A DNA stretch of 64,000 nucleotides, from assembly GCA_947625135.1 (NCBI GenBank), contig CANQNE010000011.1, positions 370 through 64,369 of the forward strand, written 5' to 3'. Positions 43,891 through 53,195 of this stretch are shown in pieces. The notes below the pieces were generated by a model. It saw nothing but the letters and a program-made list of their open reading frames with translations, was not told the origin of the DNA and ran no database searches. Source of the stretch: an uncultured Lachnospiraceae bacterium (lineage in GTDB: Bacteria; Bacillota; Clostridia; Lachnospirales; Lachnospiraceae). Each line of letters begins with the position of its first letter. Within the stretch, counting starts at the first letter, position 1. The translations under genes were made by a program, and so were the position numbers.

Positions 43891-44658
43891 ATTTTAACGA
43901 TTGATATCGGAAATACAAATACGGTGCTGGGCTGTTTTAATGAAGGCCGGCTGCTGTTTGTGGAGCGGCTTTCCACTGATACGGCAAAAACCGTACTGGA
44001 ATATGCCATCAGCATTAAAAACGTGCTGGAAATGTACGATATTGAAGCGAGGGAGATGAAAGGATCGGTGATCTCTTCCGTTGTTCCCCCGGTGACAAAC
44101 CTGTTTAAAGAAGCCATTGAAAAAATTACTGGCAGCGACGTTATGATCGTAGGACCCGGCGTGAAAACCGGCCTGAATATTCTCATGGACAATCCGGCCC
44201 AGGTAGGCAGCGATCTGATCGTCAACGCAGTGGCGGGCATTGCGGAGTATCCTTTGCCGTTGGTGATCATCGACATGGGTACAGCTACCACCATTGAGAT
44301 TGTAGATGAACATAAAAATTATATCGGCGGGATGATCCTGCCCGGCATGAAGGTATCGCTGGATTCTCTTACCAGCCGCACTTCCCAGCTGCCTCGGATC
44401 AGCATGGAAGCGCCCAAAAGAGTGATCGGCAAGAATACGGTGGAGTGCATGAAAAGCGGCGTGATTTTTGGTAATGCCTCCTGTCTGGACGGTATGATCA
44501 CCCGGATAGAAGAGGAGCTGGGTCAAAAGACAACCGTTGTGGCTACCGGCGGGCTGGCCGGCAGCATCATTCCCCACTGCGTCCATCACATTATATTGGA
44601 CGATGCCCTTTTGCTGAAAGGGCTGATGCTCATTTATCAAAAAAATCAGGGGATGTAA
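43888..44658 (+). CDS. coaX: Type III pantothenate kinase
   Basis: Start moved to the ATG at 43888 (MILTIDIGNTNTVLG). Motifs IIDMGTATT and ATGGLA. Confidence 0.9.
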   Translation: MILTIDIGNTNTVLGCFNEGRLLFVERLSTDTAKTVLEYAISIKNVLEMYDIEAREMKGSVISSVVPPVTNLFKEAIEKITGSDVMIVGPGVKTGLNILMDNPAQVGSDLIVNAVAGIAEYPLPLVIIDMGTATTIEIVDEHKNYIGGMILPGMKVSLDSLTSRTSQLPRISMEAPKRVIGKNTVECMKSGVIFGNASCLDGMITRIEEELGQKTTVVATGGLAGSIIPHCVHHIILDDALLLKGLMLIYQKNQGM

Positions 44659-44711
44659 AACAGCCTCTCTGAGTTACTTATAAAAATCCGAAAAAATATT
44701 CACCAGACCCA

Positions 44712-44761
44712 TTGACAAATACCCCGCAGAGGTATACAGTAAATATACCTGCACGGGGTAT
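44712..44761 (+). promoter_or_regulatory. Candidate csoR-copA promoter with two CsoR-type operators
   Basis: TTGACA, 17 nt, TACAGT. Two ATACC-N7-GGTAT boxes at 44719-44735 and 44745-44761. Confidence 0.55.
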
Positions 44762-44903
44762 ATTTTCGTTGAAGATCTCGATGGAACGAGGCCCAGAGAA
44801 ATCTGTGTATCACCGGAGTCAAAAGCCCGTTTGATCCCGATATCAGTATAAGAAAAGCGGAAAACACATTTTATCACATTTTATAAGAAAATGGGGGTAC
44901 GAT

Positions 44904-45206
44904 ATGAATAAGGAAACCTGTTGCTGCCACAAAACCACGAAACGCTCGCCGGAAGAATACAAGCGTCTGATCAACCGGCTGAACCGCATGGAGGGCCAGA
45001 TCCGGGGCATAAAGGGCATGTTGGAAAAGGATGCCTACTGTGCGGATATCCTTGTGCAGTCCGCAGCAGTCAGCGCCGCAATGAACGCATTTAATAAAGA
45101 GCTGCTCTCTAATCATATCCGAACCTGTGTAGTCAGGGACCTGCGCGAAGGCAAAGAAGATGTGATCGACGAGCTGGTTACCACACTTCAGAAATTGATG
45201 AAATAA
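44904..45206 (+). CDS. csoR: CsoR-family copper-sensing transcriptional repressor
   Basis: 100 aa. [16 protein letters not shown] and the Cys/His ligand context [16 protein letters not shown]...HIRTC. Confidence 0.88.
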   Translation: MNKETCCCHKTTKRSPEEYKRLINRLNRMEGQIRGIKGMLEKDAYCADILVQSAAVSAAMNAFNKELLSNHIRTCVVRDLREGKEDVIDELVTTLQKLMK

Positions 45207-45223
45207 TAAAGGAGGAATCTCAA

Positions 45224-47761
45224 ATGGAACAATATGCCGTCACAGGCATGAGCTGCGCCGCCTGCAGCGCCCGGGTAGAAAAAGCCGTTTCCAGGGTTCC
45301 GGGCGTTACCGCCTGCTCTGTCAGCCTGCTGACAAATTCCATGGGTGTGGAGGGTACCGCTTCTCATGAAGCGATCATTTCCGCTGTGGAAAAGGCCGGA
45401 TATGGAGCCAGTATAAAAGAAACTGCCCATGCCGGACAGAATGATTTCAAAACCGCCGCAGCCGATCCGGATTCATTACAGGATAAGACCACGCCTTTGC
45501 TGAAAAAACGGCTGACTGCCTCCCTGCTGTTTCTGATCCTGCTCATGTATATCTCCATGGGACATACCATGTGGGGCTGGCCGGTTCCTTCGTTCTTTCA
45601 GAACAATCATGTAGCCATGGGACTTTTACAGCTGCTCCTCACTGTGATCATCATGGTGATCAACCAGAAATTCTTTATCAGCGGCTTTCAGGGGCTGCTG
45701 CACCGGGCCCCCAACATGGATACGCTGGTGGCGCTGGGCGCAGGGGCCGCATTTATCTACAGCACGTATGCCCTGTTTGCCATGACCGGGGCACAGGCGG
45801 CGGGAGATATGGACGCCGTTATGGGATTCATGCACGAATTTTACTTTGAATCCGCTGCCACAATCCTGACGCTGATTACCGTGGGCAAAATGCTGGAAGC
45901 CCGCTCTAAGGGCAAGACAACGGACGCTTTAAAAAGCCTGATGCGTCTTGCGCCGAAAACCGCCGTGTTGATAAAGGACGGCAATGAAGTCACGGTGCCC
46001 ATTGATCAGGTGAAAAAGGGCGATTTATTTGCGGTGCGTCCCGGAGAAAATATACCCGTGGACGGTGTGATACTGGAAGGCAGCAGCGCCGTTGACGAAT
46101 CCGCGCTGACAGGGGAGAGTATTCCGGTGGATAAAGCAGTGGGAGACAGTGTTTCCGCCGCCACTGTGAACCAGTCAGGATATTTGCGCTGTGAAGCGAC
46201 CAAAGTAGGCGAAGATACGACGCTGGCACAGATCATTCGCATGGTAAGCGACGCGGCGGCTACAAAAGCGCCCATTGCCAAGGTAGCGGATAAAGTGTCC
46301 GGTGTGTTTGTACCGGTCGTCATGGCCATTGCCGCGGTCACCATACTTGTCTGGCTTGTCGCCGGTGAAAGCATTGGTTTTGCCCTTGCCAGAGGTATTT
46401 CCGTACTTGTGATCAGCTGTCCCTGCGCGCTGGGGCTGGCAACCCCTGTGGCGATCATGGTGGGAAGCGGCGTTGGCGCCAAAAACGGAATTTTATTTAA
46501 AACAGCAGTTTCTCTTGAAGAAACCGGAAAGGCACAGATCGTGGTTCTGGATAAAACGGGAACGATCACAAGCGGCGCTCCCAGAGTGACGGATGTGATC
46601 CCGGCTTCCGGCACAGATGCGGAAACACTGTTACAGCTTGCCTATTCATTGGAACAAAAAAGCGAGCATCCCCTGGCAAAAGCGATCCTGCTTGCAGGCG
46701 AGGAGCAGAAGATTACCCCGTTGAAGGTGACGGATTTTCAGGCTTTGCCAGGAAACGGTCTTCAGGCCGATCTGAACGGCGCACTTCTCACAGGCGGAAG
46801 TTTTCATTATATCAGCAAACAGCTGTCTGTTCCACAAGAGATTGCGGGGCAGGCAGAACGGCTTTCTGAAGAGGGGAAGACGCCGCTTCTCTTTGCCTGC
46901 GACGGAAAACTGGCCGGCATGATCGCCGTAGCTGATGTGATAAAGGAGGATAGCCCGGAGGCTGTGGCCCAACTTAAAGGAATGGGCATCCGGGTAGTGA
47001 TGCTCACAGGAGACAATGCTCGGACTGCACAGACCATTGGCAGGCAGGCAGGCGTGGACGACGTGATCGCCGGGGTTCTGCCGGATGGAAAAGAGGCGGT
47101 CATCCGCAGGCTGAAGGAGCAGGGCCGGGTGATGATGGTAGGTGACGGCATCAACGACGCGCCCGCCCTGACACGGGCTGACATGGGTGTTGCCATCGGC
47201 GCGGGCACAGATATTGCCATCGACGCAGCAGATGTAGTGCTGATGAAAAGCCGCCTGATCGACGTTCCGGCCGCCATTCGTCTGAGCCGTGCGGCGCTGA
47301 AAAATATCCATGAAAATTTGTTTTGGGCATTCTTTTACAATGTGATCGGTATTCCGCTGGCTGCTGGTGTCTGGATCCCCATCTTTCACTGGCAGTTGAA
47401 TCCCATGTTCGGTGCCGCCGCTATGAGTCTGTCCAGCTTTTGCGTGGTGACGAACGCCCTGCGGCTGAATCTGCTTCGGATCCACGACAGGAAAAAAGAC
47501 AGAAAGAACAAAGCAATCTCTATACAACCAATCATAAAGGAGGAACAAATTATGACAAAAACAATGAAGATCGAGGGCATGATGTGCGGCCACTGCGAGG
47601 CCACTGTAAAGAAGGCGCTGGAGTCGATTTCCGGCGTTACAGAGGCAAAGGTCAGTCACGAATCCGGATCTGCTGTGGTAACCATGTCGGAGGAAGTTGC
47701 CGACGACGTGCTGAAAAAAGCAGTAGAAGATAAGGAGTATCAGGTCATTTCCATCTGTTGA
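45224..47761 (+). CDS. copA: Copper-translocating P1B-type ATPase with N-terminal and C-terminal HMA domains
   Basis: 845 aa. [15 protein letters not shown] (SCPCALG), [14 protein letters not shown]-terminal CopZ-like [12 protein letters not shown]. Confidence 0.92.
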   Translation: MEQYAVTGMSCAACSARVEKAVSRVPGVTACSVSLLTNSMGVEGTASHEAIISAVEKAGYGASIKETAHAGQNDFKTAAADPDSLQDKTTPLLKKRLTASLLFLILLMYISMGHTMWGWPVPSFFQNNHVAMGLLQLLLTVIIMVINQKFFISGFQGLLHRAPNMDTLVALGAGAAFIYSTYALFAMTGAQAAGDMDAVMGFMHEFYFESAATILTLITVGKMLEARSKGKTTDALKSLMRLAPKTAVLIKDGNEVTVPIDQVKKGDLFAVRPGENIPVDGVILEGSSAVDESALTGESIPVDKAVGDSVSAATVNQSGYLRCEATKVGEDTTLAQIIRMVSDAAATKAPIAKVADKVSGVFVPVVMAIAAVTILVWLVAGESIGFALARGISVLVISCPCALGLATPVAIMVGSGVGAKNGILFKTAVSLEETGKAQIVVLDKTGTITSGAPRVTDVIPASGTDAETLLQLAYSLEQKSEHPLAKAILLAGEEQKITPLKVTDFQALPGNGLQADLNGALLTGGSFHYISKQLSVPQEIAGQAERLSEEGKTPLLFACDGKLAGMIAVADVIKEDSPEAVAQLKGMGIRVVMLTGDNARTAQTIGRQAGVDDVIAGVLPDGKEAVIRRLKEQGRVMMVGDGINDAPALTRADMGVAIGAGTDIAIDAADVVLMKSRLIDVPAAIRLSRAALKNIHENLFWAFFYNVIGIPLAAGVWIPIFHWQLNPMFGAAAMSLSSFCVVTNALRLNLLRIHDRKKDRKNKAISIQPIIKEEQIMTKTMKIEGMMCGHCEATVKKALESISGVTEAKVSHESGSAVVTMSEEVADDVLKKAVEDKEYQVISIC

Positions 47762-47802
47762 TGACCGGTTCCTGCAGATTATGGCAGATCAAGGAAAGAA
47801 CA

Positions 47803-47842
47803 AAACGGGCAGTCCTTCGATTCTGGAAGACTGCCCGTTTTG
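47803..47842. terminator. Bidirectional terminator between copA and the MBL hydrolase gene
   Basis: AAAACGGGCAGTC...GACTGCCCGTTTT, flanked by an A-tract on one side and a T-tract on the other, between convergent genes. Confidence 0.7.
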
Positions 47843-47861
47843 AAATGAAATCCTGCAGCTG

Positions 47862-48740
47862 CTATATCTGCTCCCATAAAAGCATATTGTTCTCAAAATG
47901 TGCGTTCAGCCTGCCTGTGTCCTTCAGCCACGAAAGATAGGAGCGGACAGTACTTCCCACCAAGACATACTGCTCAAAATTCATGGCGAGGGAATAGTGC
48001 GCAAACAGCCGCTGCAGAATTATCTCAAAGCAGAGCGGCTCTTTACAAAGCCCCATAATTTTTCCTGCGATCTCCCATACCTTTTCAATGTTGTACTGTG
48101 CCAGTTCCGAAACATCATCCGCAGCCTCCGCATGAGCAGGAACAAACATTTTCGCGTCCAGCGTTTTTACCATTTCCAGCGTCTTTATATAAGCCCCGAC
48201 GTCATAGATAAATCCAATCTGGTATTTATCCAGCGTTTCACGGCTTGACAGGCAGTCTGCGAGATAAACTACATTATCCGGCGTCCGAAACCCCACCATA
48301 TCAAAAAAGTGCCCCGGCAGATCGATGATTTCAAATCCCGGCGGCAAAACATCTTTTGTCAGATACTCGGCGCTGCTTTCCTGTGCCAGCAGGAATTTGT
48401 GCCGCAGGTCTTTGCAGGGATACCCACCGTATAGAAACGATGGTTCTATGATCGGGTGCCGTGTAAAATCACAGTCTATTCCCGGCGCGTAGATTTTGCA
48501 TCCCGTCTGCCCCTGCAGATATCTGTTGCCGCCGATGTGGTCGGCATTGGAATGAGTGTTGTAGATTGCAGCAAGCGTCCAGCCGTTTTCGTCCAAAATC
48601 TGTCGGACTTTGCGTCCGGCGCCTTTATCATTACCGCTGTCAATGAGACAGACTTCATTATCGTTCAGCCGTACCAGTCCGATTTTGGCGGGACATTGAA
48701 TATAATAGCTGGCGTCTGTTATTTGTATCAGTTCATACAC
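47862..48740 (-). CDS. MBL-fold metallo-hydrolase
   Basis: 292 aa with a THSNADHIGG (HxHxDH-like) motif. SD GGAGGAGG. Confidence 0.75.
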   Translation of the reverse strand: MYELIQITDASYYIQCPAKIGLVRLNDNEVCLIDSGNDKGAGRKVRQILDENGWTLAAIYNTHSNADHIGGNRYLQGQTGCKIYAPGIDCDFTRHPIIEPSFLYGGYPCKDLRHKFLLAQESSAEYLTKDVLPPGFEIIDLPGHFFDMVGFRTPDNVVYLADCLSSRETLDKYQIGFIYDVGAYIKTLEMVKTLDAKMFVPAHAEAADDVSELAQYNIEKVWEIAGKIMGLCKEPLCFEIILQRLFAHYSLAMNFEQYVLVGSTVRSYLSWLKDTGRLNAHFENNMLLWEQI

Positions 48741-48855
48741 AGTATTTTCCTCCTCCGCAATTCCCGCTCATTCAGGCAAACTGCTGTATTCTTCCTCTTT
48801 TTAATTATGCGGGCCGCACCTGTGAAATATGATTGACACAGTTCCCGTTTCCTGC

Positions 48856-49521
48856 TTACTCCTGTTCCAGCACCATTTTAAACAGCTGCACCCGGTTTTT
48901 GATCTTCATCTTCCGATAGAGATTCAGTATATGTTTTTTTACAGTGTTTACGCTGATGGACAGTTCTTTCTCCATTTCTTCGTTGTCCATTCCCTGCAGG
49001 AGGCAGCGGAGAATGGTGATCTCCCGTTTTGTCAGGTCAAATCTGGCTGCCGCTTCCGTAATCGTCAGCTTTTCTTTTCCTTTGTCCCGGCTCTTTTGCA
49101 GACGGTATGTCAAATGGGTCTTCAGAATGTCCAGAACAAACATGTCCTCATAACGGAACTCTCCTTTATCAATGGTGCGAAAACAGGTGAGCGCTCCCAG
49201 AAATACCCCTTCCTTCTCCAACAACATATTCAAAGAATAATGCCATGGATCAGAAAGATGCACGTTTTTATAAATACCGCCGGACTGGGAAAATTCCTCA
49301 CATGCTTTTGCATGTTCTGCGGTACAGTTGTCCAATACAGGCGACGTCAGTTCCTTCCCGTTTTTCGGATCTGACAAGAAAAAGCTGGCTCCGTCAAAGG
49401 AAATCAGACTGTGCAGCTGCTTTAGAAGTTCTGTCCGCATCACCGTCAGATCATCCGTGGTATAAATCTGATAGATCATCATATTCAACGCTTTCCATCT
49501 GTCTGTATCAAACATCCGCAT
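48856..49521 (-). CDS. LuxR-family transcriptional regulator with an uncharacterised N-terminal sensor domain
   Basis: 221 aa. C-terminal HTH LTKREITILRCLLQGMDNEEMEKELSISVNTVKKHILNLYRKM. Confidence 0.85.
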   Translation of the reverse strand: MRMFDTDRWKALNMMIYQIYTTDDLTVMRTELLKQLHSLISFDGASFFLSDPKNGKELTSPVLDNCTAEHAKACEEFSQSGGIYKNVHLSDPWHYSLNMLLEKEGVFLGALTCFRTIDKGEFRYEDMFVLDILKTHLTYRLQKSRDKGKEKLTITEAAARFDLTKREITILRCLLQGMDNEEMEKELSISVNTVKKHILNLYRKMKIKNRVQLFKMVLEQE

Positions 49522-49606
49522 TTTGTTTCCGGCGCCCCTTTCCGCTGCTTTTCCATATTAGGAAGCAAAGTATGTGTACTGGAAATAGAAGATCCCCATC
49601 AATTTC

Positions 49607-49693
49607 CTATGACACGAAAAAAGGGACAGATGTCGCCATCTGCCCCTCCTTTGGGATCAATAAGAGTATACTACAAAATAAGCAGTTCTGCAA
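49607..49693 (-). promoter_or_regulatory. Candidate promoter, 10-codon leader ORF and terminator-like hairpin upstream of the LuxR gene
   Basis: On the minus strand: TTGCAG, 17 nt, TATACT; then AAAGGAGG, 5 nt, ATG GCG ACA TCT GTC CCT TTT TTC GTG TCA TAG. The hairpin GGGGCAGATG/CATCTGTCCC and a T6 run lie inside this ORF. Confidence 0.4.
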
Positions 49694-49764
49694 GTATTTT
49701 TTACCGTTTCGCCGTTCAGGTCAGATGGTCAGACAGGTTTTCCTGAAAATAGTATTAAAAAAAC

Positions 49765-49793
49765 TTGATTTTACGCATGTTTGCTGGTATACT
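49765..49793 (+). promoter_or_regulatory. Candidate promoter of tRNA-Ala
   Basis: TTGATT, 17 nt, TATACT with an upstream TG. It ends 11 nt before the mature tRNA 5' end. Confidence 0.55.
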
Positions 49794-49804
49794 GTCACTT
49801 AGTT

Positions 49805-49877
49805 GGGGCATTAGCGCAGTTGGGAGCGCGCCACACTGGCAGTGTGGAGGTCACGGGTTCAAGTCCCGTATGCTCCA
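49805..49877 (+). tRNA. tRNA-Ala (anticodon GGC)
   Basis: 73-nt cloverleaf. Acceptor GGGGCAT/ATGCTCC with G3:U70, anticodon stem CCACA/TGTGG, loop CTGGCAG, T-arm ACGGG-TTCAAGT-CCCGT. CCA is not encoded. Confidence 0.9.
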
Positions 49878-49879
49878 TT

Positions 49880-49916
49880 GGCTGGAACGCTTGTTTTAAG
49901 CGTTCCAGCCTTTTTT
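49880..49916 (+). terminator. Rho-independent terminator after the tRNA
   Basis: GGCTGGAACGCTT-GTTTT-AAGCGTTCCAGCC followed by TTTTTT. Confidence 0.85.
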
Positions 49917-50273
49917 GATTTTAAAAGAGCACTTCCGCAATCTGATAGAGGGTTTCGATGAATATCCGCTGGTTGAAGGCAAGATTTTAAAAACCATGCT
50001 CCGTAAACAGAAAGCCGGCACCAGCCGCCGCGTGTTCCTCCGGGATAATCTGATGTGTGAACCGAGACACCGGCGATACGGACAGGCCGCACTCCTCCCG
50101 GAACTGGTGCCGATACTTTATTATACTGCGGTCAGCGGAAAAATGCAAAAAATTTGCAGGATTTCATGTTTGGTTTTGCAGGTTTCAGGCGCAAAAGTAT
50201 TTTTCGCTGATGACAAAAAAATGAAAATACGGTATACTGAATATCAGAACATATTTTGGAAATGGAGAGTAGG

Positions 50274-51392
50274 ATGATGAAGCAATTTTACATGCCTGTA
50301 AAGGTATTGATAGGTGAAAATTGTATAAAAGAAAATCAGGAACTGTTTGCCGGCATGGGGAAAAAGGCCATGATCGTCACCGGACGGCACTCGGCAAAAG
50401 TCTGCGGCGCGCTGGATGATGTGACGGAGGCGCTGCAGGCATCCGGACAGACGTATGTACTTTATGACCGGGTCATGAACAATCCTTCAGTGGACTGTGT
50501 CTATGAAGGCGGCAGAGTGGCAAGAGAAGAACAGGTGGATTTTATCGTCGCCATTGGCGGCGGTTCTCCTATGGATGCGGCAAAGGCCATGGCTATGCTG
50601 GCAGTCTGCGATATTCCGAAGGAGAAGATTTTTGACGGTGTGGCGGCATATCCGGCTCTGCCCATGATCCATGTGCCCACAACGGCGGGTACAGGCTCCG
50701 AGGTGACGCCTTATGCGATCCTGACTAATCCGGGAAGGGAAACGAAGACCAGTATTTCCGCTTCGTCCCTGTTCCCCAGATATGCGCTGCTGGATCCTGC
50801 ATATTTGCAGCAGCTGCCGGAACATTCTTTGATACATACGGTGATCGATTCCCTGTCCCATTCGATGGAGGGGATGCTGTCTGTGCGTGCCTCTGAGATC
50901 ACGGACAGCATAGCTGTGCATGCGATCGCGCTGATCGGGGAGTGCCTGCCCAGACTGAAGGATAACGAATTGAGTCAGGAGGATCGGGAGAAGCTGCTCG
51001 TTGCTTCCACAATGGGCGGTATGGTGATCTCCGCCACAGGCACCACGGTGGTACATTCCATGGGGTATTCTCTTACGTTTTTCCATGGCACCGATCACGG
51101 CCGCGCCAATGGGCTTTTGCTTCCGGAATTTTTGAAGATTGCCCGGCAGTCCCATCCGGAGCGTGTCAAAAAAATGCTGCAGCCGCTGAGGCTGGCCTCT
51201 CTGGATCAGTTTGCGGAACAGCTGCATGACCTGCTTGGACAGCATGAGACGCTGACGGTAGAGGAGATTGAAAAGTATACGGCGCTTGCTTCCGGCTCCA
51301 AAAATATTAAAAACTGCTGTGTGCCTGTCACCCCGGAGCAGATCCGTGAGATTTTCACGAAAAGTCTGGGACAGGCAGAAAGCGGTCGTTGA
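50274..51392 (+). CDS. Iron-containing (group III) alcohol dehydrogenase
   Basis: Start moved to the ATG at 50274, after GGAGAG. Motifs IVAIGGGSPMDAAKA and a metal-binding His cluster (HSLSHSMEG). Confidence 0.85.
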   Translation: MMKQFYMPVKVLIGENCIKENQELFAGMGKKAMIVTGRHSAKVCGALDDVTEALQASGQTYVLYDRVMNNPSVDCVYEGGRVAREEQVDFIVAIGGGSPMDAAKAMAMLAVCDIPKEKIFDGVAAYPALPMIHVPTTAGTGSEVTPYAILTNPGRETKTSISASSLFPRYALLDPAYLQQLPEHSLIHTVIDSLSHSMEGMLSVRASEITDSIAVHAIALIGECLPRLKDNELSQEDREKLLVASTMGGMVISATGTTVVHSMGYSLTFFHGTDHGRANGLLLPEFLKIARQSHPERVKKMLQPLRLASLDQFAEQLHDLLGQHETLTVEEIEKYTALASGSKNIKNCCVPVTPEQIREIFTKSLGQAESGR

Positions 51393-51462
51393 AAAGAAGC
51401 GTCTGATATGGTAAAATTATCCAGTATGAATGTAAGTATAAAAGGGGAGAGGAGAAGTAGCT

Positions 51463-52410
51463 TTGAAGGGTGTATCGTTGCAGAAGATCATGGAAAAGAT
51501 GGCGCTGAAAAATCTGACGCCGGATATCGATATGAAGAAAAAACGGGTGCATACGCCGGAGATCAATCGTCCGGCGCTGCAGCTGGCAGGTTATTTTGAA
51601 CATTTTGACGCGGACAGGGTGCAGATTATCGGATATGTGGAAGCCACTTATCTGGAGGGGCTGTCAAAAGAGCGGCGCAGTGAGGTTTATACAAAACTGA
51701 TGTCCTATGATATTCCCTGTGTGGTGTATTCGTCTGACATGGTGCCGGATGAGGAGATGTTTGCCGCCGCCAGACAGGCGCAGGTGCCTATCCTGCAGTC
51801 CCACAAAACTACTTCGGCCCTGATGGCGGAGATCATCCGGTGGCTGAACGTGGCCCTTGCACCGATGATCTCGATCCACGGCGTGCTGGTGGACGTTTAC
51901 GGCGAAGGCGTGCTGATTATGGGCGAGAGCGGCTTAGGAAAGAGCGAGACGGCTCTTGAGCTTGTGAAGAGAGGACACCGGCTTGTTACCGACGATGTGG
52001 TGGAGATCCGCAGGGTCAGCGAAGAAACGCTGATCGGTTCCGCGCCGGACATTACCCGGCATTTTATTGAACTCAGAGGCATCGGTATCGTGAATATTCA
52101 GTCCCTGTTCGGTTTTGCGAGCGTGACGGAGACAAAGTCCATTGACATTGTGATCAAACTGGAGGAGTGGAACAGAGATAAGGAGTATGACCGGCTTGGG
52201 CTGGAGGAAGAATATACGGAATTTCTGGGCAACAAGGTCGTGTGTCATTCCATCCCTATCCGGCCGGGACGAAATCTGGCAATTATATGTGAGTCCGTGG
52301 CAGTCAACTATCGGCAGAAAAAGATGGGCTATAATGCCGCACAGGAATTTTATAAGCGCGTACAGGATAATATGCTGAAATCCCAGAACGAGGACGAGGA
52401 GGATGAATAA
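51463..52410 (+). CDS. hprK: HPr kinase/phosphorylase
   Basis: 315 aa, TTG start. Walker A GESGLGKSETALELVKRGHRLVTDD and signature ELRGIGI. Confidence 0.92.
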   Translation: MKGVSLQKIMEKMALKNLTPDIDMKKKRVHTPEINRPALQLAGYFEHFDADRVQIIGYVEATYLEGLSKERRSEVYTKLMSYDIPCVVYSSDMVPDEEMFAAARQAQVPILQSHKTTSALMAEIIRWLNVALAPMISIHGVLVDVYGEGVLIMGESGLGKSETALELVKRGHRLVTDDVVEIRRVSEETLIGSAPDITRHFIELRGIGIVNIQSLFGFASVTETKSIDIVIKLEEWNRDKEYDRLGLEEEYTEFLGNKVVCHSIPIRPGRNLAIICESVAVNYRQKKMGYNAAQEFYKRVQDNMLKSQNEDEEDE

Positions 52411-52412
52411 GA

Positions 52413-53180
52413 TTGCTGGCCATTGAGCGTAAAAATGAAATTTTGTCCATTCTGCAAAAGGAACGGAGCGTGCTTGTAGCGGATCTGAGCCAGAAATATA
52501 ATGTGACGGAAGAAACCATACGACGTGATCTGGATAAGCTGGAAAAAGAAGGCGTGATAAAAAAGACATACGGAGGCGCAGTGCTGAATGAAAACACCAA
52601 TCTGGATCTGCCCTTTAAGATCCGCGCCCGGACCAACAGGGCGGAAAAGGGTGTGATCGCGGGACTGGTGACAGAGCTGATCGGAGAGGGAGAAAGCCTT
52701 GTGATGGACAGCTCTTCCACCTCTCTGATGGTGGCAAAAAACCTGAAGTCCTTCAAAAGCCTGACCGTGATCACCAACTCCGTGGAAATCATGGTGGAGC
52801 TTTCCGGCTGCAAGGGGATCCGGCTGATCTGCACAGGCGGCGTGATGCGGGATTCCGCCCTGTCCTTAGGAGGAAAGACCGCGGAGGAGGTGCTGCGTCA
52901 CTATCACGCGGATAAAGCGATTATGTCCTGCAAGGGCATCCACATGGAGAAGGGCATCTCAGATTCCAATGAATTTGAAGCGGATCTGAAGGCTGTGATG
53001 GCGGCCTGCGCAAAAGAGATTATATGGGCCATCGACAGCAGTAAATTTGATAAGGTTTCCTTTGTAAAAATATTGGATCTGCAGGAAGGGGACACGGTGG
53101 TGTCTGAAAAACCCGTGGATGAAAAATGGATGGAATTTTTTAAAAGCAGGAATATACATTTTGTATCTGCTGCACAATAA
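52413..53180 (+). CDS. DeoR-family transcriptional regulator
   Basis: 255 aa, TTG start. N-terminal HTH ERKNEILSILQKERSVLVADLSQKYNVTEETIRRDL and a DeoR C-terminal sensor domain. Confidence 0.85.
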   Translation: MLAIERKNEILSILQKERSVLVADLSQKYNVTEETIRRDLDKLEKEGVIKKTYGGAVLNENTNLDLPFKIRARTNRAEKGVIAGLVTELIGEGESLVMDSSSTSLMVAKNLKSFKSLTVITNSVEIMVELSGCKGIRLICTGGVMRDSALSLGGKTAEEVLRHYHADKAIMSCKGIHMEKGISDSNEFEADLKAVMAACAKEIIWAIDSSKFDKVSFVKILDLQEGDTVVSEKPVDEKWMEFFKSRNIHFVSAAQ

Positions 53181-53195
53181 GAAGGAGGACTGGAA

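Noticed and set aside
49917-50255. A GC-richer patch after tRNA-Ala, open in several frames (+ ORF 49915-50277, - ORF 49859-50092). One minus-frame fragment, YRHQFREECGLSVSPVSRFTHQIIPEEH, looks vaguely like an HTH C-terminus and could be a remnant of an element integrated at the tRNA.
   Set aside because: There is no start codon or SD and no recognisable domain. The frames conflict, and there is no flanking direct repeat of the tRNA 3' end. I cannot tell a gene remnant from noise without a database search (tblastx of 49920-50130).
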